This document shows positions 25,455 through 38,687 of a stretch of 64,000 bases of DNA, piece after piece. How positions within the stretch are numbered: the first letter of the stretch is position 1; each line of letters starts with the position of its first letter. Location: the NCBI GenBank assembly GCA_044892525.1, contig CM097887.1:142640397-142704396 (forward strand). Direction: 5' to 3'. Made by a program: the position numbers and the translations under genes. The DNA comes from Schmidtea polychroa. Its lineage: Eukaryota. The notes below the pieces were generated by a model that did not search any database, had not been told where the DNA came from, and worked only from the letters and a program-made list of their open reading frames with translations.

Positions 25455-25828
25455 TTCACTATATTACCAAAAATTTAACAAAATGGCTTACAAAACAAAA
25501 TCTAGTTTTCAGTTTGTTTTTATTTTGCAAACATCCGTGATACTTGATTTTAATTGTTATATTTGTCAAAATTATTTCTAAATTACTTTGAACTCCCATT
25601 CAAAAATTTTCTTATATTTGACTTACCAATTTTAAAATAGTTTCAAATTTTATTTTGGAATTTTAGTTTTTAGAATGTTTTTAAAACTATAATAAGTATA
25701 ACAACATTTGTTAATAAGCAATTGTATAAATTTAAACTAAATTGTTTTTATTCTTCATTTTATACATTCTGCCCGTGATTCGTTTAAGTAAATAATTGTA
25801 TAATTTCATTTTTTTTTAAAATTAATGA

Positions 25829-28800
25829 ATGCTATTGAAAAGAAAAGGTAATTGCAATTTACAAGACTTTGAATAAAATAAAAATTAACTAGCTCCGTCT
25901 GCTAAATCCAATATTAAAAATGATTCACTTTCTAATAATATTAAATTTGAGGACAGACCAATTGTTAAGGTTATGCTTACTTTAATTTCTAGGTGAATAT
26001 AATTTTTACAGGAAGAAGCATTAGATACTGTATTTACAAATTTTGAAAATAATGAAAAAAGGGAGGAATCGAACTCTGAGTTGAATTTCGCCGATAGAAA
26101 TTCTTCAGTAATAAAACCACTAACAATCCATAAAAACATTACTATTAGTGAAGAGTTGCCTGATATTGTTAGCGTTGACAATCCTGTGAGTGAGAAATGT
26201 AATGATGAAATATTGAACGATAAATCAACAACGCTAGCAAAAAAGAAATCGGAAGTAGTTACAGGTAGAAAGAGAAAATTAACAACATCCGCAAGCATTT
26301 CTAAAGTGAAAAATAAAATTAAACCTCCGAAATCACTCGATTCTGGTAATGTTTCAAATTTAGAAATGATTCTAATTTGATAATGAATAGGTGTGTATGT
26401 AGAATGCGATTTGTGCCATAAAACCCGATATTTGAAAGATATCCTAAATCCAAGTGCTATCCCACCTGTTTGGACTTGTGAAATGGCAAATAGTTCTTTA
26501 AATTGCTCAGTGCCGCAGGAAAACTTCGAGAATTCTGTCAACTATTTTATCAACAATAATTATACCCTTGGCTCAGTTGTATGGGCTAAGGCTCCTGGTA
26601 TTTATAATTAAATTTATGCTCTTATCAATCTCACAGCTGTGTAATTTTATTAACTTTATTATTTAAAAAAATTTTACAATTCTTTTATAAATATCTCGGG
26701 CTACTAACAAATTTATCAGTAGTTAAAATTTATAGCTATGGTAATATCAATTAATTTATTTTTAAATTAGGATTTTGTATATTATTAATGAGTTGTTAAT
26801 TATATATTAATATATTTCTAATCGATTGTCAATCGAATCTATTTGTTAAAATATTATATGGTCATACAGTTTTGTCAATTGAATAGCCATTTGCGTTTCA
26901 ATGAGTCCCTTTTAAATGACTAAAATCGCTTGCTGATGTGGTATTTTAGAATGTATGAAGAATTCTTTATAATTGTAAAGAAAACAAAACAGAGTGTATA
27001 TTTGAGGTTGTAAATATTATCTGAATCAGCAAATAACAAAGATTTCCGACATAAATTTTCCAGTGGCCATCAACTGTAAGCTATAATAAAGTTTTTTTTC
27101 ATTGACTAAAATTTTTATGACAATTGATCTGTAATTTTTTAAAGAACTACAAAAATTTTCAAAAGCGCTTATTAAACCCCTTTGAAAGCCTAATAATTTA
27201 TCAGTTTAAATTTTATCCATATTTTTCGGGAGAAGGATTGGAAACCGGCACCAAATGAAAAAAGAGAAAGAAATATAATAATTTCAAATTTCTGGAGGCT
27301 ACTTACTTAAAAAAATTGAGTTATGTTTCTAAAATGATTGAAAGGCCTAAACAATATTAAATCAACGATTTTCATTTATATCATTTTTAATTGTGCAAAT
27401 TCTTTCTTTTCTCTTCACCTTATAAGCTATTATCTTTTCTAATTTTATTAGGTCTACAGAATTCATTTAATTTTACTGTCTTTTTATTTTCAAAATTATT
27501 ATCATTTGGTAAATTAATATTTAATTTATTACTAAGTTTTTTATCTTTATTATTTTTAATTATACATTTATTATTACAGCTAATATTATTTACATTACTA
27601 TTATTTTTATTTAATGCAAGACTACTTCTACAATTAATTAATTTATTGCTAATATTAAAATTATTTAAATCAAAACATGCATATATCATAATTATTATTA
27701 CCATTTATTGCCTTACCCCCAATCAGCCACAAAGACTGAATAAATTTCCGTCGTATAATAACGGCTAATTTGATTATTTTAATTAAAATATTTTTGCACA
27801 TGTTTTAATTCAATTTTATATATAATAAACCGTAAAAAATCGAATAATATTTAACCTGAAACGTGTTCATAAATAAATATGATTCTCAACGGGCGGGTCT
27901 CCTTATAGTCCGAGGCACTGAAGCATTGATTGTTACTGAGTTGATTTCATTTGAAAATTCGTTTTTGTCAACAATTCACCAAAAAATAATTTAATTAAGT
28001 TCTATTGGACAATAATAATTTTAATTAAGGATTTTGTTGGTGGCCAGCAATTATTGACGATGATCCAGATTTAGATATGTTTTATTGGTGTTATGAACAC
28101 TCTGATGATGTGAGCCATTATCATGTAACTTTTCTCGACGATGATGTCAGTAGGTCATGGATTACAACCAAGGACATAAAAGTATTTCGTGGCAAAGCAG
28201 ATATGTCTTCAATGAAGGTAAATAATGATTATCATTATTTATTTTGTATGCTTAGAGTTTAAATGTTAATTTTGTTCTGCTTATATCTCATAACTAAGGT
28301 AAAATGCTTATTATCACCCCGACCCCCCCCCCCCCCCCGCACTGTGACTAGGTCAATGATATGTTTTAATTGACTTGTCTTGCATACTATTCCATGAGGA
28401 TTCAGGCAGGATATGAGTAAGCCTGGCAAGAAGTTGGAAAACGTGCGCCAGGTTACCCGCCCGCCCGCTCGACAGGTGGGTAACCGAATACCTGTTCACG
28501 CTACAATCTTGATATGAAATAGCACTAACCTGTAACATCGTGTACTTTGTTATTGCGCGCATGGTGCAGAACGACAGTAGTCAACAACTGATGCACGAAT
28601 CTAATAAACTTTGTTGCTGATTTTTGCTACTATTTTTTTATTGTTTTTATTTGTGGCATTCACTGTATTGTTTCTTGTATGAGGGAGTGATTATTGTGTC
28701 TTTGTCTTGTTTTGCGGGTTTTGGTTTTGGTGGTTGGGTTTTATTCGCCGCCTTGTTGTTATTTTTAATTATTGTGGCGACGTTTTTTTGATTTCTAGGA

Positions 28801-31800
28801 GTTTGAATTGGCCTTCGTATTTGGATTCGAAACCTTTTGTGAATGGTTTTTTTATTAGTATGAAATTTGTTGATAGCACTGTTTTTCCATCCAATTCAGA
28901 GTCCGTGTTTCCGATGTTTTTGTTAGTTGTTTGTTTCTGTATTTTCTGTTGTTCTGTTTTTGAATGATGGGAGGTTTGATTCTCTGCCAGAAACTTTGAA
29001 AGAAGGGCTTCATTGTCGATTGAGTTGGTTTTCCTTAAACCCAGTAAGATTGTCGGTAGTTCGTTAAGCCAATTTCTGTCGTTTGCTTTGGTTCTAATGC
29101 TTTGTTTAAGTGTCCTATGTAACCTTTCGATTTTTCCGTTTGCTTGTGGGTTGTAAGCCGTGGTTCGGTTGCGTTTTATTTCGTATTTTTTACATAGGGT
29201 CTTAAATAATTCCGACTCGAACTGTCTCCCCTGATCTGTTATCAATGTTTGAGGTTGTCCATATGGGCCTATCCAGTTTAGTTCGATGTTGTTACAGATG
29301 TTTTGTGCTGATATTTCTTTCAGTGGGATTATTTCGAACCAGTTTGTCTTTCTGTCTATTATCGTTATTCTTTATTTGGTGGTCCTACTATGTCTATGTG
29401 TATTATTTCGAAAGCTTGGCTGCTTGGGAAATTTACTTTTCAACCGTTAGTTTTTTGCGGTTTTGTTGATCTGGCAACTTTTGCATGTCTTGAGGAAATC
29501 TTTTATTTCTTTTCGCATGTTTGGCCATATGTATTTGTTGTGGATGATTTCGAATGCGGCCTTATTTCCTGGGTGATTGATGTCGTTAATCTTTGAGATG
29601 CACGAATTCCTGAATTCTTTCGGTAGGAATATTCTTGGTGAGTTTTCATTACTGACGTCGTACCAGCAATCGTTGATTTGTTAGAGTTTTAGGCTATGTT
29701 TTGTTGGTAGCTCTTTCAGTGTTTCTGCTTGTTTGTTTTTGATTGTTTCGACTTCGAACATTTCGCTGAATTCGAGTGCGTTTATGTCTGTTTCGGTTCT
29801 CGACAATGTGTCTGCTGCTATGTTTGCTGCTCCCGCGATATAATTGATTGTAGTTGAATTGTGATATGTAGTTTAATTGTCTTATTTGTCTAAGTGATGG
29901 GTTTTACATTTCTATCGCGTTTGAAAGATGTTTGTGGTCTGTATAAATCTTGAAGTTCCTTGCTTCTAGTAGGTGTTGGAAATGTTTTATGACTTCATGA
30001 ATTGCGAGCAGTTCCCGATCGAATGTAGAATATCTTGTCTGGCGGGTTTTTAATTTCTTGGAGAAGAAACCGATAGGTTGTATAGCAAATTCATTGTCTT
30101 GGTAAAGAGTTGCTTTCATTGCGAATCCGGAACAATCTGTTGCTAAGTTGTAATCTCGTTTTGGATCCGGGTATCCAAGTAATGTGGCTTGAGATAAACT
30201 TGTTTTTGCTTTCTCAAAGTTTTTGATTGCTCGGTCCAGTTTATTTTGATGTTTCGTATTGTTTTGATAAGGTCGTAAAGGGGGAGGCTAAAAGTTGACT
30301 GCAATTTGGTATATAGGAGTGGTAGAAGTTTGTCATTCCCAGAAATCATCTAAGTTCTCTATTTGAATTTGGCAGTTGGAATTGTTGGATTGGGTTGGTT
30401 TTTTTCTCGATAGGCTTTGCCTTTTTCATCTAATGTGTGCCCGAGGAAATTAATGTCTTTTTTCATAAATTCACATTTTTGGGCGTTTATTTTGAGGTTT
30501 GCTGTATTTAGTGCTTTCGTCTATGTCTTTTAGGTGAGATTGTTTATTTGGACTGGCTATTAATATGTCCAAATATGCGAATGTGTTTCTGTTGCTTTTC
30601 ACGGTTCGATCCATGAAACGTTGAAATGTTGCTGCTGCATTTCGTAAACCAAATGGCATTCGGTTGTATTCGAAAATGCCGATTGGTGTTTTTTATGTCC
30701 TCCTTTCTGATTGGAATTTGGTGGTAAGCTTTTTGCAAGTCAATTTTTGAGAAAATCTTTTCTCCTTTGAGTCTGTTTATTATATCTCTTATGATCGGCA
30801 GTGGGTAGTTCTGTTTTGGTTCTGTTTTGATCCTTTTCTGAACTAGTTTTTTTAATATTCTTTTTCATCTTTTCCTGAACTAGTTTTTTTAATATTCTTT
30901 TCAATTTCCTTCTGAATTTGTTCTATGGTATTCTTTTCTTAATTCTGGTTGTCCATATTTTTTTCGATTTTATTGATTTTTCCCCCTTTTTTTTCTATAG
31001 CGATAATTTAGTATGGTAAATTATAGCTTTATAGTTTTATTTTAAAGTTATTTTCCTACGCGTAACACGTGGTGGTTAAAATTAAAACCCGCATTAAATT
31101 ATAAAAAAAAATATAATATCACAATACATTACACTAACCATCCAATGGACATGATTCCAAATGGCAGTGATATTTTAGTAGCAAATGTCCATATTTATCA
31201 CAATTGAAGAGTGGAAAATAATAAATTTATTCATTACAGAATTAAGAGATGTATTCAAAGTAATCTGAATGGAAATATACAATTCAAAATATACAAAATG
31301 ACCATATTTACAAGTCCAGGCTGACAGCAGAACATTGATAACATTGAGTACTGCATGAGAGATGATTTGGAGAAATATATTGTGAAATATGACCGAGTAG
31401 AGAGAGAATTGTATGCAACACAATCCCCGGTCCATAGCTGCTGTCACTCAGCCATTAGATCAAGTTATTTTCAGTTGCAAAACATAAGGACAGCCAAGAT
31501 CAATGGCAACCACAGAAATCGGAGTGGACATGAATGATGTGAATAATTGATATATTTGTACCTGAAATCTCAGTGGATATTTTGTCTGCCTACAATTTAA
31601 TGTTGATAATCCTCTACTAGTTCAAAGGCATAGTGGAAGATCTTTTCCATATATCCAGTAAATAAATAGTCGGAAAATCAATACTCTTTAAATGATGCGT
31701 AGGCATGTTTTGCATCTTTCCATTTGTTGGGGTAATGTAAAGAAGCACAAAATAAAACGAAAGTAGAATAAAAATCAATAACAACACCGGAATAACGAAA

Positions 31801-33568
31801 GTGCAAAAATTAATACAAGGTAAAAAGAAAAAGTAACATCAATCGGGGGAAATGTGTATGATTGAACGCGGATTTAGTGAGAGGTCCCTAGAAAAAGTTA
31901 AAATAAAAATAAGACTAATTAAAAATTAATTAATCACTAATGGAAAGCCCGGGAAACCCGAGCAATGAGGAAAACCCAGATCGCACTAGGACCCGACTAG
32001 TTGAGAAGTGAAAAGAATTGACTGAGTGGCTGTCTAGAAATAAAATTAGCGGGATAACAAATAATCCGTCCCATAAGATTGAAATAACGAATAACCAACG
32101 CGTGAAAAGAATGTCAGTAATCCTCAGAAGGATTAAAATAATGCCGGTAATCCCCTGAGAAATGAATACCGCTTAAAATACTATAAAAGCTGAACAGAGA
32201 CGAATTGGCAGTTAGTCGTAGAAACACAGTTTGCGAGAAACTACAAATCAAGAGATTCTAAGAGAAACTAAAAGTAAATCTAGAACAAAATTATAGCGTA
32301 TAGTACCAGAAAGGTGATTATTACCCCTTGACCGACCTACCTTACGATATCAAGTGTGCAAAATTTAAACAAGGTGCAAATCGAATCACTAATTGTAATT
32401 GTGATGCAGTTCGAATTGTTCTGTATTGGGTTTTTGTTATTTGATTGGAAAGGGACACGTGGAATCAGAAATTATCCAATTTGTTAAATATAAATCCAAC
32501 ACATTCAAAAATGCTTTGCCTAGTGAATTATATAAAACTTAATAAGTATTTCATAAAAATTGTTTTAATTCCTATGTGACAGATCTGGTAAAATCAATTA
32601 TAAAATTTATTCTTAGCGTTTCTAAACTATGCTTCGATGAATAAAAAATTTATCATTTAAATAAATTTGATGCGGTTCGTTCATTTTATACATCCCCGGT
32701 GACCCCTGCCTTCTTTGTCATTGGTTTATAACGAGTTCACTAAGTTGTGATTGCAGTATTGATATATTTATAAATAGTAACATACTAATCAGATACTATG
32801 AAAAATTCTACGCTAAGCCACCAAAAGTACTTCAAATCAAAAATTCTAAAAATCGATAGTGACAATAAAATTCAGACATTTTCCACAGGAAATTTTGTTT
32901 TAATACGTTTGCCGAAATCTCAGATATTTAAACAACACACAATTACCATTAAAATAATCCACCTATCAATTATCATCAAAAATCAGAATATACTCATTGA
33001 TTTTTCTAAATTTATTTATTTTTACAGTTGAACAAATACAAGAAAAACTATTTAAAGTCTTTAAGTAAAGCGGTTGAACGAGCTGAAGAGTGCACAGCAT
33101 TGTCCTTGCAGGTAAGCTGCGTCCAATAATAATTGTTGCTTATCATAAACAATGTATAGGAATGTCTAGATAAATATAGCTTTGCAATCCGATACAATGG
33201 GAAACCCAATCTGTGGACCTCGACTACAAATTCAGCACAAAGGAAATCTCGATCAAAGCCATTCCATTCAAGCGATGGATCCACGAGTGAACGAGAATCT
33301 AAATCTTCGTCTAATAAAAATAGAAGCAAAATAAAAACTGTTAAAACTCAAAAGAAATGTGAAGATTTGTCTATTGAAGTGTCGAAAATTGAAGCTAAAT
33401 GTGAAATCCTATCCACATTAAATCAACAAACTAAACATGATTTAATTGTAAAAAATTCATCTAAAGAGACCAAAAAGAAAATGCATAATAAAAAAAATAA
33501 AAAGCCAGGTTAATAAAATCTTAATATTATATTTGTAATTTTCTTTTTTAGAAATTGTTGAAGAGTAG
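25829..33568 (+). CDS. ZCWPW1: Zinc finger CW-type and PWWP domain protein (ZCWPW1/2-like); 8 exons, 424 aa
   Basis: Exons 25829-25847, 25893-25969, 26012-26345, 26391-26597, 28030-28217, 33028-33111, 33160-33508, 33552-33568; all introns GT-AG and phase-consistent, total 1275 nt. CW: VYVECDLCHKTR..WTC..NCSVPQE. PWWP: GSVVWAKAPGFCWWPAIIDDDPD..YHVTFLDDDVSRSWI. The post-PWWP helix SLSKAVERAEECTALSLQECLDKYSF matches ZCWPW1 as recalled. Confidence 0.9.
28700..30830 (-). mobile_element. Degenerate Ty3/Gypsy LTR-retrotransposon pol (RT, RNase H, integrase) inside ZCWPW intron 5
   Basis: RT: YPLP..KIDLQKAYHQIP..MPFGLRNAAATFQRFMD..YLD(D lost). RNase H: FFSKKL..RYSTFDRELLAI..IYTDHK. Integrase: ITDQGRQFES..TTAYNPQANGKIERLHRTLK. 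Multiple frameshifts and stops; no LTR pair found. Confidence 0.92.
31170..31700 (+). mobile_element. Possible pogo-type DDE transposase remnant in ZCWPW intron 5
   Basis: Frameshifted IPG..AAVTQPLDQVIFS resembles the pogo/DDE_1 C-terminal motif IPGGxTxxxQPLD. Heavily decayed. Confidence 0.35.
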
Positions 33569-34513
33569 AGGGAATTTACAATTGTTTTTTTTGCGTTAAG
33601 TTTCCGTTATATTTTCCATAATAAAAATGTTATATAGTAAAGTATTCTTTTTTCCACTAATCCGTTTTTAGCAGAATTAATTATTTGTATATAGGTTAAA
33701 TTTTACATAGACTGACCTACATTTGTCTATTGATCTTTCACTGTTGAAACTAACCCTAACCAAGTGTTAGTAAATAATTGGGCCACAATCATATAGATGT
33801 TCGTACTTGATTGAGTAAATTGTAATTCAAACGCACTGACTAACCGCTATCCTTTATTATTCATTGAAATATTCAAATAAATATATGTTGGGAAATATAT
33901 TTGGAGTTTACAGTTATTTTTGAATTTATTTCATTTGACAAATACAATTTCGAGTTAGGTTGAAAATATACTTTATTTTACAATTATAATTTTTTATATC
34001 ATTGTTTTACTTTATTCAAATTGATACACTAAACATGTAATAAAATTCCTATAAAATTAAACCATGAAAACAGTTGAATTTAAAAACAATTTATATACTT
34101 TTTCTCAAGTCTATTATTCAATTATTGTTGGTAGAGTTTGAATACTTTATATGGTTTTATGCTCACTTATAGTTGAAAACTACTTTTCGTCAGTTTGGCT
34201 ATTTATAAGTTTAACATTCGTCTTTTAAGAACTATTGTTACTAAGTTCGGTTTCGTAGATTTAGGCTCTATTAAAACTATTAAAATGTCAAAACTTGAAT
34301 TATTATGAGGTGTTGTTTTTAAAGCTGTCATTTGATGAATATTCATTTTAAAAGTTATATTATATTTTAAAGTCAAATTACTCTTGAAAGTTTTAATTTA
34401 TTTGAATTGCTGTTTATTTTTAATAATATTTTTTTACCTTAATATATTTTCACAAGCACCTAAAATATAAATTGTTTAAATAATGTAAAGTTCTTCAAAA
34501 ATATTTTATGTAA

Positions 34514-36373
34514 ATGAAGGTTGTTGAATTTTTTTCTGGAATTGGTGGTATTAAATGTGCACTAAATGGTAATATTTTGGGAAATAGTAATTCATTTAAA
34601 AAAATTTAAGAGTTAAATGTACAAACTGATGTCGTCGCAGCTTTTGACATAAATGATTTGGCTAATTCTGTTTACAGATATAATTTTACTAGTCCATGTT
34701 ACAATAAAGTCATTGAAGTTAGATTATTTTCATTTAAATTTAATTTAAAAATTTATTAAGTCATTATCACCTGAATATTTAATAAGTTTAAATGCAGATA
34801 TGTGGACTATGAGTCCTCCATGTCAGCCATATACCAGAAATGGGAATATGATGGATCTTGATGACCCAAGAACTGTAGCAATGAAACATACTCTTTATTT
34901 AATATCTAAGTGTGTATTTAAAATAAGTATAATTAGTTATTTTTTACTTAGGGTGAGGCCTAATTATATTTTCTTTGAAAATGTCAAAGGATTTGAAAAT
35001 TCCAACGGTCAACAAATGCTTGTTTCTATTCTTTCAGAATGCGATTATTCTTTCCAGGTTTAATGCGTTATATCATATAAAATCTTTTAAAAGTCTCAGG
35101 AATTTTTATTAAGTCCTCTGCAATTTGGCGTACCAAATAGCAGGTTACGCTATTATCTCATTGCTAAATTAGAAGGAAAAGGAAAATTGATGCAAGATTT
35201 GCAAACGATTTCATATAAACCTTATTTCGGCGCAAAACTTGATCAATGTAGCTGCACAATTTGCTCAGCGAGATCCAGGTAAATAAATATTTTTCACACA
35301 TGAAGAAATTAAAATATCTTATAATATGTCCACGTGGCCATTGCATGTTCCATTGACTAATCTTTGTCCATATTTGAATGGCCACAATAAAAATAATGTA
35401 ATTTGAAAGGAAAATATCTTTACTTTTAATCAATCATAAATAAAAATATCCAATCTCTCAAACTCCTTGTTCCCACATTTTATTCTACTCATGCAGTTAT
35501 TTCACATACGAGTTGACTAGCAATTTCGCTCTCTGAGTTGTATAAGCATCCTTCACAAAAAATTATGCCCCAAATCTCCTGCCATCTCTCTCATTCAAGT
35601 CTGAATGTTTGACAGGAATTTGAAATAACCTTAATCACATTTTGTCATTGCACGTTCACTTTTAGAATCTTATTATTAATAATTGATTTTAAATATAATA
35701 ATTCGATAACTTAATTGATTTAATGCATTAAATAATGCAACTCATTTGCTTAACCTTTCCCCATTTAATGTATTATCAATTCGTAATCTATTAGCTCTCT
35801 GGAAAACGATCATATCAACCATTTTGAGAAAAATATTGAATTTTGCGATAAGATCTCCAATTATTTGGAAACCAACAATTTTGTTGACCCTCATGAAAGC
35901 TACAAATTTATCGATGAAAAAGTATTAGAGAAAGGTTTCACTAAGCTTGACATTGTCTCCGAGTTTAGCAGAAAAACTTGTTGCTTTATCAAGTGTTATG
36001 CTAAGAAAATCGAAGGATCAGGATCATACTATCAGATGGCAACATGTAATGAGGTGAGCATTACAATTACTCGATCCGGCTGTTTATTGCACTTAGGCAT
36101 ATCAATTGGAGCAGCTGCTATTGAATGGTGATATCAGCAGTTTGGATTATGCCAAGCGGCTGCAATTGAGATATTTCAGCCCGAGGGAAATTGCCAATTT
36201 TATGTGTTTTCCTCGCTCTTTCAGTAATGCTAATAATATAAATATGGCGCCCATTGTTTATGTTTTAAGGATTCCCTGATACGGTAACCCGTGCTCAAAG
36301 GTATCGTCTGCTGGGTAACAGTGTAAATGTCAAGGTAGTTGCTCATCTCCTGCATTGGTTGATATCAGCATGA
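34514..36373 (+). CDS. TRDMT1: tRNA (cytosine-38-C5)-methyltransferase DNMT2; 8 exons, 361 aa
   Basis: Exons 34514-34568, 34611-34717, 34761-34909, 34952-35057, 35100-35278, 35795-36053, 36097-36223, 36270-36373; phase-consistent, total 1086 nt. Motifs FFSGIGG (I), AFDIN (II), MSPPCQPY (IV), ENVKGF (VI), PLQFGVPNSRLRYY (VIII), DIV..CFIK.Y (Dnmt2 TRD), LRYFSPREIANFMCFP (IX), LLGNSVNV (X). Confidence 0.96.
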
Positions 36374-37932
36374 TTACAAGTGATTGTATTATTTCAATAA
36401 ACCTCTTTGGCTCTTTTTCATTTGTCGTTTAAATATGTGATAAATAAGTTACTGGAAATTGCACAATAATTACATTATATATAATTTTTATTTAATTAAT
36501 TTTTGCATTAGTTATATATTTTGATGTGTTTGTGTTGGTATATGTGAGATTTCTTACTTGTGATCAGTTATCGCGCGCCGTACAGATGAGACTATTTTGT
36601 AATTAAATGAGTTTTGAATTTTTTTGTTCATTTTGTATGTAAATTTAGAAGAAAATGATTCAAAACAGAGTTTAAATAGAAAATAAATCAAAGCATAGTT
36701 AAAAATACAATTATGTCACTAAAAAATATATGCCCATCTATTAATCTTTTATATTTTCTGTCCTCGTTATCATCTTACTGTTTTGAATCATTCATATGGA
36801 ATAAATTCATATTTTATAAATTACTGATTTTGTATCATGAATGATAATTTAAAATACATTGTTTCTGAAATAAGTTTGTTTAAATGTTGGGAAATTGTGG
36901 TAAATAAGAAAATGGAAATTGTGCAATAACTAGATCAAAATATTCTATTTATTGTTCTATGTTAATTTTATTAATCGCGGCCAATTATGACACTCCCTCA
37001 GCGGTAGCTCATTACTAGAGTAAGTAATTTTATCTTAGTAGCTCACATTAAAATATATTTGGTGTAAAATTTATATTTAGAAAAAAGAAAATTCTATATA
37101 TTTTGTTGAATTATTATTAGCTTCCGTTATTTTTATAATATTATCTCCTTGTCAATCAGTTTATATGATTTATAATATTTTTTGACTGGTTACCATCTTC
37201 TCCCTTCGCTATTTAAGGGTTGTTAAAGAGTAATCTCAAATAATGAATAAACCATTTGAATTTTCAAACTTTTTCATAAAGAATTATTTCAAATTTTAAA
37301 CAAAATCTCCTAATTACTATGATCTGTGTTTGAATCGTATTTGCAATATGTCCATATTCAAGGAGTCACAGTTCTATTTCATCAATGATAATAGTTGGGA
37401 GGATATCTAAATGTTGGCATATGTGGGGAAAGGGAAATTATTGCACGCATCATCATCACACACTCTGCGTCATTACTCCGCTCAGATACTCCCCATACAT
37501 ACACCAAATGATCATGTACACATTCCCACGCATGAGCCCGTGGTGATGTTCCACGTTGGTGCTGCTCACACGGGTTGGAAAAGGTTAGCAGGTGAGCCTC
37601 TGCCTTAAGACTACTCCTAACCCTTACTCGGTTCGGGTTCCATGGCGCCTTAGAAAGTCTTACCCAGTCCTACATACACAATTCGGTCCGATCCTGGTCC
37701 AAGGGGACGACCTTGTATTATCACCTACATTCGACATCATCTTTTCACTCGTATCAACTTCGATATCTCACCTGTTAAAATCAATCGTCAGAAACAATAA
37801 AAGATGTATTAACTCATAACAAATCATTACACGCAGAATAATCAAGAACTGTTTTACATGTAAACATACAGCATTTCTAAACGCTCAAGTTCACTTCGGG
37901 ACCCTGCATAGAACAAGGCACCTTTGAACTGA

Positions 37933-38687
37933 TCAATCGAAGGGTTCTCCGTCCGCAAGCATTTCGTCGATATCGACCGGCAATCGTGGGTTAGAAATGT
38001 ACTTGATGCCTTCTGCCGGTATTACACGAAAGATTTCCCTAGTTGGGATGGAATGGCTGGAGGATATTTCTCTTATGGTAGATTGAGCTACAGATAGTGA
38101 CGCCTCGAGAGCAGCCATCGCATCTCGGCGTTTCTGATTTTTCTCGGCTCGGGTTTCCGTTTGCGAGACGACGGGGGATTGTCAGTGTGCGGGGTGACGA
38201 CGGTTGCCCCCAAAATTGGAGCCAAGATGGGCTCGGTAGGTCCACCTACCAAGGGTTGAGAACCCGATAAGATTGGAGCTGGAATGGGCGGTAGGCACGA
38301 TCCATGCCCTTGGCAGCTCGTAGCAGTCGGTTCGGATACTTGATGATGAAGAGGGAAAACGTTCATTTTCTCTATGACGGGAAATTCCCGTACCCGCTTG
38401 GCTAGTTCTGCCTCCGTATAAACCTTGTGGAGGGCTTCTGATTGGGCTTTGATTGTAAGCCGTTGGCATCGGCTCTCCTCCAGCAAGCTATCTCTACAAT
38501 GTTCTAGCCGCAATATTTTACTTCTCTCCTCCTTCATTTGTGGCGGGGAGAACCACGTGCCTTCGTAAAGGTCGATTCTTTTATTTAAAGCCCCGATGTA
38601 TAGATGGAGCTGCGCGATATCTGCATTTTTATCTGCGCAGGAGAAACATGGGCGAAGAGTTTTCTCAGCAGTTGTAGGAGTAGTCAT
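37933..38687 (-). other. Orphan GC-rich ORF pair (199 aa plus a frameshifted 61-aa tail), probably from an unclassified mobile element
   Basis: Clearly more GC-rich than the background. CFSC motif, heptad-like segment, Pro-rich linker and SRKRK. The ATG is immediately preceded by ttctttag (acceptor-like). No family recognised. Confidence 0.4.

Noticed and set aside
25885-26541. 218-aa minus-strand ORF
   Set aside because: Antisense shadow of ZCWPW exons 2-4.
27391-27768. Overlapping Leu/Phe-rich (+) and Asn/Lys-rich (-) ORFs
   Set aside because: Low-complexity AT-rich sequence inside ZCWPW intron 4; no motif recognised.
28300-32350. LTR pair bracketing the Gypsy pol
   Set aside because: No convincing direct repeat, PBS or TSD found by eye.
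34514-36373. Functional coupling of DNMT2 with the nearby tRNA array
   Set aside because: Known DNMT2 substrates are tRNA-Asp, -Gly and -Val, not Arg(CCT) or Pro(CGG). The gene is 16 kb away with unrelated genes in between.
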